From Ascidiella aspersa (Eukaryota), in contig OZ004609.1 in assembly GCA_963924565.1 (NCBI GenBank), positions 29,946,001 through 30,010,000 on the forward strand: a stretch of 64,000 nucleotides of DNA, written 5' to 3'. This document shows positions 13,401 through 24,500 of the stretch, piece after piece (within the stretch, counting starts at the first letter, position 1; the number at the start of each line of letters is the position of its first letter). The notes under the pieces were generated by a model that worked only from the letters and a program-made list of their open reading frames with translations, did not search any database and was not told the DNA's origin. The position numbers and the translations under genes are program-made.

Positions 13401-16400
13401 TATTATTACTATATAAAGCGTAAGAATAACAACTTTATCATTACTATATGCTTGTTTGACTAACTATACCTTCGTTAATGATGTTAGTTCATGTTTATAT
13501 CAGTGAACACATACCAACAGAAAAACCTCCAATAAAAGTTAAATAAACTATTAAGCAGTTTGTTGTTATCCAATTGTCAAGCTTCAACTTCATGATAAAT
13601 GTTTCATTTGTTATTTTGTACCTAGAAATCGTTTTAGGGAGTATTTTTTTTGTTTTTTGCAATACACTTTTTTCTACCTGACTTTCATTATAATGAGTTC
13701 AGTGCTGACGGGCCTCGGGTCGTTTTCCTTCGATTGCCTAGCAACATGCCCGCTTCTAGGATGGGCTGCTTTAGGTCTTTCGGAAGTCTCTTCTGTGAAT
13801 ACAACAGAATTGTAGGAAAAATATTTTGTCCTTTAGGTTAATTTTTTACCAACGACCAGTGTCGTACATGTCACTGTTTTCGAATGGCGTGACTAAAGTT
13901 TGTTGGGCAAAACGCCTTGACTTGACTTCATTTTCTGGCAAATGATTAACTTGGACGAAAGGCATTGAGTCTAACTCTAATGAATTGGATTGAAATAAAG
14001 AGTTTTTATTAAACAATTGTTTTATAATGTTGGGTTTATTTATCTCAATTTTCGAACATCAAACGATTTGCTTCCAGTTGCATTTTTGTTATTTCCACTT
14101 GGGATTTTGCTCATAATCGGGCGAGATTACCTATTTTAATTGTTTAATGTTTCATTGTTAAGTCAATACTTGACTTACAGTTGACTTGTTCTGATAATGA
14201 CTTGGACTTGACTTGATTTGTGCAACTAATGAATAAAATATTTCATAAAGGAACGCTAAAGGCATAGTTGGATGAATTGGTAATCTAAACAGATTAATGG
14301 CCAATAAAACACTGTGCGTTTTATTGGGCATCTGATCGGGAAAAGTTGTTGACAATTCAATCATAAAAACCTAAAAGAAGTTAAATTTTACTAATAGTGC
14401 GTCACATTCATCGATGCAATAATGCGTGACTATGGGATATTAAAAATGAAAAGTGTATCTGGGACACGGTGGTTAGTCAACTAGAAATCGAGTAGGCCTA
14501 TATTTATATACTTATAGCTTTAAATTTGTATTCTAAATTTTATACACGCATGTTCCATTTTGCGTTGTTTCGTTTGCTATATATTTCAATCAAAAACAGT
14601 AGCGCGAGAATATACCTGCGATTTGAACTTTCTTCTGCGACTTTGAATCCTCGTCCAGGTGAGCTTTTACCGGAAGTGGTGAAGGGATCCGCTTTGCCGC
14701 CTTATCTGAGTCAGAATTACTGCTGGAACTGCTAGATGATGAAACAGATGATGCCGAACGGATGGAAGGAGCCTACGGAAATAAAACGTAATAAAGAATC
14801 CAACGAAAAGTAAACTTAGTGCAGTCTACCAAAGCAAACTATGTGACGTTAAAGAACATGTGGTACTTTAAGATGAAGCATGTTATTAGACGTAGAATAA
14901 ATATCAAAGCCCACACAGAATTAGTTAGTATTTTGTGAACGTTATGAATAATTATTTGTTCCTTTTCAATATCAAAACCTACTTCTCGATAGGCTTTGAT
15001 TTTCATTCAACTATAACCTACAGAGTTTATGCTCCAAAATTGTTTTATAATATTAGCTTTGGAATAACGATGCTTTTCGGTATTATCAGGCTAGTGTACA
15101 AATAAAGACATTAGGTGTATTTTGATTTATTTTATTTTTACCTTAAAAAACATCGTAGTGCGAACAGTAGTCAATATACACTTTTACTCGAGTTTGTCTA
15201 CTTTATAATTGATTTTTTATACGTGCTTATAGATGTTGTATTCAACCAATGAATATTTTATCATAGGTAAACTTTTCTTGCTGCCAGTAAACTGACTTTT
15301 GGCTCCATAACTTTGACTTTCGGCACGGCGGGTGCAGTGCCAGTGGTGGATTTGCTGCTGGACTGCGAAGTGGTCGACACCCGCTTTATCTCTGGCTCCG
15401 AGTCGGAACTGGAGCTGGATGTTTTGCTGCTGGTGCTACTGGTGGAAGACCGACGTGAAGATGTCTGCAGAGAAGGCAAACAAACCATTTTGGACCACTA
15501 AATATTAAGTTTTAGTTGAACAATAATTGCTTTCAAACAGCTGACATCGGCAACGTATAAGTAAATTGTGGTTATAGGAAAATGCCGGATGGCCTACTTC
15601 ACGCATGGTAGGCAAGCGTTAAAATATTAAAAGTATGTACAGATTTTGAAACTTCAGTTTCAACAATAATTTGATTAGGGAACTAAACCAATTGATTTAA
15701 CTTATTATTATATCATTCTCCTTATACGCCAGGATGCAATCTCAGATAATGTTTGCCAGGAGTTACAAATATAGGGTTATGTTCTTTAAGTCTAAAATAT
15801 AAAAAGTAGATCCGGGATACTGCGAAACAAATAACAACCTCAGTTCCCTGTGATAAAAGTGTAAAAAATACGTAATTTATTGGTTTTGCCAAACCTGCTT
15901 TTTTTCAGGCTGTTTTTCTTGTTGTACTATTTTCGTGAGTTTTTCTTGTGAAGAATGAGAATGCGTGCTTGATACCGACAAACGTCTGGTTGTTACTTTA
16001 GTTGGTTCTTCTGCTGGCTTTTCTGATGCCAAACTTGAACGGGAGGTGGATTCAGCCTTTGGCTTTGATATAAAAAAGTTTTTCATGATACAATTTGGAT
16101 GTTAGGCCTACTTGCTTTCTTTGCTTAACTTTACGAATGTCATATATTTTGAGGAGATTTTACCCCAAATATACACATTTCAAAATGCTTAGTATTTGAA
16201 ACAATTAAAATATTATCCAATGGTCACAAGGATTTATACAACTAAGCTATTCCAGACAATGCCAGTATATTTAGACATGTTGTGGACAAGTCACTTGAAT
16301 AGAAGGCAAATATAACAAAAACTTGCTGTTGCTATGCTGAACGTGACTATAGAGCTTTCCTGGGAATATTTACATCCCAATATTAAACGTCAGTCATGGG

Positions 16401-18497
16401 CACAGTGTATAAAAGGCAGGTGAAAGCACTTTAAACCCGCAACAGCACTGCTGGATATTATCAAAAAAGCGAAAAACCCTTACCGGAGTGTTCGGCCTTG
16501 AACTTCTCGCAGAATTCCGGCTGCCACGTCTCTTGCTACGGTCCGAACCTGCCAAAAAGCGCAGCCAACAGTTTTGCGTTAAGTTCCAACCTCCTTAGGG
16601 CACCACAACAACGCGAACTACAGCAGCCTACATCGTAAAACGCGCGCGTTTTGGAGGAAGGCGCACCGCGGTCTCCTGTTTCGGGCCAGGAATCGCCCAG
16701 CGCGGCCCGCTCGATGTCTGTAACAACACGGGGCCCATTGTCAGCGCTCGCTGTCCAAACACGCGAAGGCATTCGAGCCCCTGCTACACTGTACGAGGTG
16801 AAATGCCGCTGTCACCGCGTTAGGGGGGCGTTTAACTCGGGGGTGCTGGTTCAGGGGCGGTACGCTCGCGTATTGTCCGCTGACACGGCCTCGTTAAGTT
16901 TTTTTTTTCGGCTTTTCTACGTCGTCAAATCGACAATTACAACAGCGACACGGATTTCGAGATGCGTTTACGGCTGTGTCATTTAATGAATTGAACATGC
17001 TCGGATGTTAAATCGATTTACGCCGCATATATGTAGCGATTTGTTGACACCAGCAATTCCAAACGGCATTTTTCACGATTTTTCAAATACACACTTGTAG
17101 CAAATACGAAAAAATATATCTTTAACAGTAATTCTTGGGAATGGCTAATTGAAAAAAAAAATTGTTTTGTTTCCTTTAAGATTACACTATTTAGAGCTAA
17201 CGCATTTGAGAAAATTTATGCTACTCCAATAGGTTCTACAAGACATTAAAGATTCGCCAACACATCGCTCCGCTTTTAAAATATATTTTTCTTTCAAACC
17301 AAACGCAGCCTTTAGTTTAGACATTTGGTGATCAAGGATGTCCAGAGCTGCGATGACACACGTAGCTGTTTAGAATTATATACGTGTCCGAATTTATATA
17401 AAAAAGGGGAATAATTTTTGGCGACGAACTTAAAATAGGTGTCTTTGTTTTTTGTATACTAATTCTGCCGTAGGCCTACATGCAAGGACCATCCATGTGC
17501 GATCCCAAAAAACGAAAAAATCGTTCTACTGTGTCAAGAAACTGTTAAGAAAAAGTTCATATCACACGTTGCATTTCAACAGAAAAAATGTTGGGTTCAT
17601 CGTATCAGAATATTTTCTAAAATTATTTAAACCTCTTGTAATCGAAAGAGTCGACTTTAGTAGCCCAGATAATTCTACACAAGCTGCCATTAAAGGTAAT
17701 CGTATGGTAAAATAATATTACTCTCCTGAATCTTTTCCGTGCAGGATTGAGTCCAAATGGCAATATATTAATTGCTTATGTACCTTTACATTGCTATTGC
17801 CTACCCAAACAGGCCGCCTTCGCTATGTTTGACCAATCGCGGTGGGTGGCATGGTTATACATATGCGTTGTATAAACACATCATAAGTATAATCGCACAC
17901 CACGAACACTAGTAGTGTATTGGCTTTTCACAAGTTTAGCAGCAATATTTATGACACCAATAACAATACATTAATAATAGGAATACCAAAGCCCATAGAT
18001 TATAGAAGTAGGTAACATTTTAAACGTGTCGAATAGTTATTTTCGACATCATGATAAAATTAATAGAGTTATTCAAAACGTTACCTACTTTAACGGGACT
18101 GATGTCTAACTAATTGTTCCAACCATTATGCTCCGAAATACATTAAGTTAGGTTAATTATTACTATTACGGTTTGGCGTAATTTGCTACATATGCCACAG
18201 TTTGTCTGCCATAGGTTTCGTTTTAGGTGCTGTAGTTTCGCGCTTAAAACAATAAGTTTAGGACTAGCAGCATTAAATAGTAACAAGTTTAAAACATTTT
18301 CGTTGCAATTTTTGCCGCTGAACAAACGCAATGTCAAGCTTACCAGAAGAACTCGAAGAAGACGTCGACGACTTGGACGAGATGCTGCTGTCGGACGAGT
18401 ATCCTGAAGCTTTGCTGGCCCGCCCCTCGCTTTTCACCTGTTCTACTCCTTCGTCTTCAGAAGACGATTTCCGAGAGTCTCTGTCGCTGGGATCCAT
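10403..18497 (-). CDS. uncharacterised Ser-rich, largely low-complexity protein, 11 exons, ~440 aa; candidate ciliary/sperm gene
   Basis: Exons 18497-18344, 16548-16484, 16062-15895, 15464-15297, 14772-14616, 13792-13678, 13205-13065, 12668-12507, 11192-11133, 11062-10979, 10451-10403. GT-AG, phases close (1323 nt). Start context ACCATGG. C-terminal complex block VRPYTPFTWNSLAPYYNTDTLRYLLEMPVAVRKGY. An additional upstream exon cannot be excluded. Confidence 0.75.
10640..10915 (+). repeat. interspersed repeat, copy B (last intron of Ser-rich gene)
   Basis: Homologous to 8800-9040 and retains more CpGs. Ends approximate. Confidence 0.75.
12294..12319 (+). repeat. poly(T) tract
   Basis: Run of ~26 T. 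Confidence 0.9.
13857..14230 (+). mobile_element. degenerate copy of GACTT-repeat MITE family
   Basis: Starts CAGTGTCGTA, contains GACTTGACTT arrays and aligns with 56470-56910. Right end eroded. Confidence 0.65.
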
Positions 18498-18926
18498 GGT
18501 TCTGCGCCCGCCTATTTCCGCGCCCAGATGCCTTGCCAGGAATTCAGCTGTTTAAGCTCGCAAATCAAAGGTAACCCTACACCGGGCTAAGCGAAGGCGA
18601 CAAAATCGTTACAACTCTCGATGTATCTAATATGTCGACGTCTGGCGTCGAATTACAGGGTGAACAATATTCCGGCGTCGCATCAAAGCACTGCGACACA
18701 CACTGGATCGTGTTTGTTCTTTAAAGGGCCGACGAATATCGTTTCAAGGGCCCTTTAAACATCAGCTCTGATTAGATCGCACACTCGAGGCGAAAATAGC
18801 GCGTCACAGCTGCAATCTGCCTGCCACCTTGACTGAATAAGCTATCAGCCGCCGAAAAGCGCCCGATTGTGGACGCGTATTGACTCTGCGTCACGTGGTG
18901 TGACGTGTGTGTCAATATCGCACAGC

Positions 18927-18940
18927 GTTGCTATGGAAAC
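18927..18940. promoter_or_regulatory. RFX X-box motif upstream of the Ser-rich gene
   Basis: GTTGCTATGGAAAC matches the X-box palindrome consensus. It lies 430 bp upstream of the ATG in a CpG-rich region that also has CACGTG and a YY1-like AAGATGGCGGC (~19122). Confidence 0.65.
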
Positions 18941-19414
18941 AGGGTACGCCGCACACAAGGCGACGACTTGGGCTTATCCTGCTTACTTTGACTCAAAACT
19001 TTCCGCGCCGAAATGGATCACACAGAAGCGTAAATATTCACGTTCGCTGTATTTTTTCGGGACGCGCATTTTTTCTCTTCCCGCTTCTGTTGTTGTGCGA
19101 CAGAACAGAGAATGGGAAACAAAGATGGCGGCCGAGTAGGAGAGCGCGCGGTTCGGTAAATACAAGCGCGGGCAGTGAAGCGGAGAATACTGTAACGACG
19201 GCACCCGTGTGTTTGGAGAAGTGTAAAATGACAGGATCGCGACGCAAAGACTCTTTTTGCGACGAACGGCGTTCAGGGGGGAATTATTTTACACACAAAA
19301 GAAGTAGTAAGAAAACAACAGCCATTGCTATGTCGATATCAAGGCCAATGTCGAGTTCGGTCGTGTTGTTATAAGTAATGGGCTTATTATAGGACCAGTA
19401 TACACTACGTATAC

Positions 19415-19680
19415 CCGTGGTTCCCAAGCAGTGGTTCAGGTCACAGAGGGTCTAGTTCTAGACTTAAAACTGATAGCAATTTAAGGTAAAAGTTGTTGAA
19501 AGAAACGTTTTATGTTACATTATTTTTTATCTTTGAATAAATTATTATAATTATGGCCTGCTCTTTTTTTTCAATATCGTCGTGGCTTTGCTCTCTTAGG
19601 AAGGGTCAGTCCGAATAACTTGGGGCTAGTTGTAATATTTTAAAAAAGGTCCACGACTAAAAAAACGTTGGGAACCACTG
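19415..19680. mobile_element. hAT-type MITE, degenerate
   Basis: Ends CCGTGGTTCCCAA / TTGGGAACCACTG. TSD not evident. Confidence 0.65.
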
Positions 19681-20222
19681 GATTACGTTTTTCGACACAG
19701 CTGTTGATGGCTGTGCTGAATTTAGACATTAGTTATTAAAAATACCGCCTAATTGTGACACAAAAGTTTGTCAATTTCCTGAATACTTCGGTTGGAAATG
19801 CAGTTTTCTTTCGCAAAAAATGGCAAAGTGGCAACATGCATCGAGACGGTTCAATTTTGACTACACTTCAGGGCGGAATAAGTACAGAAGTATGCTCAGA
19901 CAAATGAAATGTTGCTCAGACGAACAGACAGACAGAGATGCGGGGCATTAAAAACAAGCGTACCGCGTCTTAAAGAAGTGTGGAATAACGATAAAAACAA
20001 TTGAAAAAAAAAACGTAAAAAGCAAGAAAGTTGAAACAACACTTCAGAAATGGCTGGAGCGAGAGAGGGCGCGATTTAAATATTGCGCGACAAAAAAAAG
20101 GAGTAATTGTGAGCAGCGAAAGCGTATTTAATGGAGAAACGCGCAGTCAGGTGGTAATGTCGTTTGCGGTTTGCTACGTTTTCGGAATTGACTGTACAGA
20201 GGGTAAAAGTATTGCGTTAGAA

Positions 20223-20516
20223 CAGGGGCACAGAGCTAGTTTATAAAGGGCCGGAAAACTGTAAGGCCTGGCGATCGCGGGTCGGATAGTTGTAAGGATT
20301 GACAATCGCGGGCCGGATTATTAACTTAACGAAGAACATTTATTGACATTTTAATAAACACTGTAGCTTGCTTCCTAAAACTGTTGTTAAGTTTAACTTT
20401 TTTTTTTAATTTACTTTGGAATTTGATCCGACAACATTTTAACTGGACGGTATTTTATCATCAAAATGACGGGGTCGGTAGAGTTAACCGCGCGGGCCGT
20501 AGTTTGGTGACCCCTG
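20223..20516. mobile_element. hAT-type MITE, family shared with 24969-25222
   Basis: CAGGGG start and end CGGGCCGTAGTTTGGTGACCCCTG, identical to the end of the 24969 copy. Confidence 0.75.
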
Positions 20517-21522
20517 AGCTGCTCTAGATTGTGCGCCGAACAAATATTACACACATGAAAAATCCCGTACGCTTCCGTCAGCGTAAATCGCCAAAGTTGC
20601 ACACAGAGGTACCGCATCCCTGGGCCAGCAGCGCTGCTTCATTCTGTACCTTTGCGCGTTAATTCGGCTCAATCAGGTTTTGGCTTCGAGAGTTAGCAAG
20701 GCGTGATAATAAGAATGCATAAGAGCGGCCGCTACGATAAAAACTTAAAAACTTCGAATAATGACACCGGACCTACTTGCCTGGCAAGGATCACTAAGAA
20801 CGCGTTACATTAACACCGTTGCGACGAAAAAAAAGAACAGAAGAGGATTAAAAATAAAGTTGCATTTCGTTTTTCGCTACATATACAAGGCCACAATGAA
20901 ACAATAAGGGAAACGACGGCTAATGGTAAAAAATAATTAAAACAATTTCCGCAGGGGGGCGGAGTGGCACAGCCACTAACATAGTAAGGCACTGGCGCGG
21001 ACCGAAAAGGCACACACGGGAAAAAAGGTATTTGCTCGTGCCACGTACACACAAAACAAGAATACCGAAAAAGCGCGCACAACATTACTTCGCGTTCTAT
21101 ATGACGCCGTAACGCGCAAAGCATTGACGATTGCGAATCAGATGATAAACAGTGATTATATAACAGAGGGGCGAAGGCATTTCGGGTGGCGATTGAAAAC
21201 AGGTCTGCATTTCAACGAACAAACATTTCATTCCGGTTTTGAAGAAATCAGTGATGATAAAGGAGAAGTGTTAGTGAGATTTAAAATTTGCGATTATTTT
21301 TTCGTTTATAAGCTTTAAAATTAGCTTTGCAGGGTGTCGTATAAAAAAGTGTGTGTTACAATCAGTTTCAACATAATTCTCGCGGAACAAGATTTTTACA
21401 GAAGGTCGCCCGCAAAGGGAATTATTGCGGGGATGTCTTCTTTTCGACGAAGAAAAAATCCGGGCGCCGCACCGCCACCAAGGTCACGGTCGCGTGCGCG
21501 CGGGGTGCTTCAAGGTCGTTTA

Positions 21523-24500
21523 TCAGAGGACAAGGTCGACGGGCTTGACCTTACCGGTTGCGTTTTTCCTCACCCAGAGCTCGCGGTCTTTATCCGCCTC
21601 TGTGATGGCGAGGTGCTGCACTATGACGTCACAGCTCTGTCGAATAAAACAATGACGTCATTAATAGTTTTTCCGCCGCCAAAGCGCGCGCACATGAAGT
21701 CGCAAATCGGTCGGCCGAAGCGCGAAATGCGCAGTAAAAGGTCGATTAAATAATAATTAAAGGTCGCCAACGGTCGCGAGTCTGTGTTAGAAGTTGTTTG
21801 AATAAATTTAAGAGCGGACGTGCGGCGGTAAACATTTAACTCGCAGTGCAGACCGTCTCACGGGGTTGTACGTCACTGTATTAATTTTGTTTGTCAATGG
21901 GAGTCGCGTCTAGATCTGACGGTGGTACATACAGACTTGGACTCGGTCAAACGGCGAAAGTCAAACGCGTCGGTTTCCAAATTTGGATCTAGGTTATTTA
22001 AAGCGGTGTTCCGAGAACCCAGAAAACCTTGTAGTACATAGAAAGCCGATTTATTAGCCGACCAACATAAACAGGCCTAGGTGTGGCGATACTGACCGCC
22101 TAAAGTAAGCTGAATTAAAGTTAAATTAGTACACTCTAAAACTCATTACGATAAAACATTACGATAAAAACGAAATATGGTGATATGATGCCATTACTGG
22201 ACAAAGCAAGACATATAATGACGATAAATATTAGAAATAACGCAAAACGAGGTGTAACTCCCAGTCCCCAATACGCATTACCGCCACCGCGACCGAAACC
22301 ATTTGCAAGTTTCTCAGTTGCGCTTCCTGTACTCTCAATCCCTCTCTCGGTGTACTAATGCGCGGCGTGCTTTCCGCTTCACGCTCGCGACTCGCCTGCT
22401 TAAGCATTGTGACGCAATAGAGGCGTGCTGACGTAGGCGAAGACGCTGGTTGCGACCATGCGTGATTATGTGTGTTGCTATACTTGGAAACGGCGCAAGA
22501 TTCACGGGGTTGGGCAGAGCCGCGTGTAAGTAAACGGTTTAAACTTTACAAATAATGATCGATTTATAACTTTCAGACAATATAGGAGGATTGCTTTTAC
22601 CCAGGATTCCAATACCGTAATTATTACTAAGAATTGTTCTTATGTTACCATTTTTTATTATTGTCATATTTAATAAATGTGATTTACGCGCTTAAAACAA
22701 CAACAATTGCATAAATATATATAAACCTTCGTACACTATGCCGGATGTGTAATGCAACTTGAATTTGAATTTTAAAGCCAAAAATGTCGAGTAGATCGAC
22801 AGCATCTTGATTAAGACGTTTCGATACGAACTTGTATCATCTTCAGTTAGTGTGACTGAGATGTAAATCAAAACAACACTTATAAAAGGCGGGATGCAAT
22901 TCTTATTATTCTGAGTTTCATTAACTAAAGATGGTACAAGTTCGTATCGAGCTATTCGACCTTTTTGGCTTTGAAATTCATTATTATCAAGCTATATATA
23001 AACCTATTTATATTATACTTAATATCAACCGATTAATCGCTATAAAAATCATATGTTGTTCGTGCCGTCCTAATTTTGGGTGGTAAAACGATGTTTGCCC
23101 TGCTTATGAAAATATTTTCTTTAAGATTTCCTACACAACTAGTTTAGTAATATAGTGTGTCCCCAGGTGTGGAAATGTTGTTTCCAGCAGCTAGGGATGT
23201 AACCCTACATAACAAAGACGTTATTTATAATTTCGACGACAAGGTGTTTCTTTAACAATAATCAATCAGTTCTGTAACGTTTTTCGTATAATTTCTAAAA
23301 ATGCAATTTTAAATCTTTTCAATTTTAAAAACAACATTTTGTCATTTTTTACACGAACAAAGTTAACCCTACTGCAGTTTGGTCTGTAACCTTCTGTAAC
23401 CGGCATTCGACTAATAGGTTAGGCGAAAAATAGCCCACTGGACGCCAAACCGTGACCTACAGATTTCGTTCTGGAATTTTCGTCCGTTAGCCTTTGCAGC
23501 GGCCTTTTCTGTTGGGTTTTGTCGACGTTTTGGCTTCCGCAAGATTAAAATAAACAGAGAACGAAAATTACCGGGCTGCGTGGGTCAAAAGGTTTGGTTT
23601 TCGCGCGGGGAAATTTTAACGATGATTTGTGTTTACTGAATATGATTCTGGGCGGAAAATATAGCAACCAAAGAAAGCACCAAGAAATATCCAAATCAAA
23701 ACGAAAACAGTCCAACATAATTATGTTTTTGTTTGCAAAAGGTGACAAGGGCATAAGCATATTCAGTAATTTATGCCATCAGCATACTCAGTAATTTAAG
23801 TCTTCGAAGTTTAGTACCGCTGGTTCTAATAATTTAATTAAGAAAACATGTAAGTTAAAGTGAGGAACGCCTTAGTACAGGGTTTCCCAAACTGTGGTCC
23901 GCGGACCATCGGTGGTCCGCGGACCATCGGTGGTCCGCGACGACTGCACAGGTGGTGCGTGGCCATATGGCAAGAAATTAAAAAGTCATGCATATACGTT
24001 ATGCAGTACGTACCCTTTCAAAAATAATTGCAGCAGTTATTTACAACTTAATGATTTCGAAAGCTTCTGCTATCCAGTATCGTAAATCTTACTTGTTGCA
24101 TCTTCGTTAGTCAAAAAGTTGTTTACGAAATATTCTCGTATTCTATGACGTAATAATATATATTCTTATCGCCATTAGGGAAAATACAGGTCCAGACTTT
24201 CCGTGGACTCTGACTTACAAGTTTGCCTTTTACAAACACCACCGAGAATTAAAAATTTATGCAGAAAGAAGCAATCCTATCCGTCCCACTGATGTTGTCA
24301 GTGTTGTAAATAAATATTTTTTGTATTTTTGTTATTTGTATTGCGGTCCGCGAAAAAACAGATTCACAAATAGTGGTACGTACGTGGTCCAAATAAGTTT
24401 GGGAAACCCCGCCTTAGTACAATGAAGAAGTTATCTGGATAAATCTACTTGTCAGTTGAACAAAATTGCTTGCCAGATTTAAACCACCAATAAGAAGTAA

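Noticed and set aside
19740-19955. Helentron/DINE-like fragment (GACA microsatellite, GCGGGGCATTAAAAA end)
   Set aside because: Only a suggestive 3' end; no subterminal inverted repeats or second copy seen.
18498-21522. GAS7 and the Ser-rich gene as a tunicate-style operon
   Set aside because: 3-kb gap containing its own promoter-like motifs (X-box, E-box) and MITEs; not abutting genes.
23894-23940. GTGGTCCGCGGACCATCG repeats, and the 26545-26870 repeat, as a CRISPR-like array
   Set aside because: No unique spacers and no cas genes; eukaryotic context. These are transposon subterminal repeats and a local tandem duplication.
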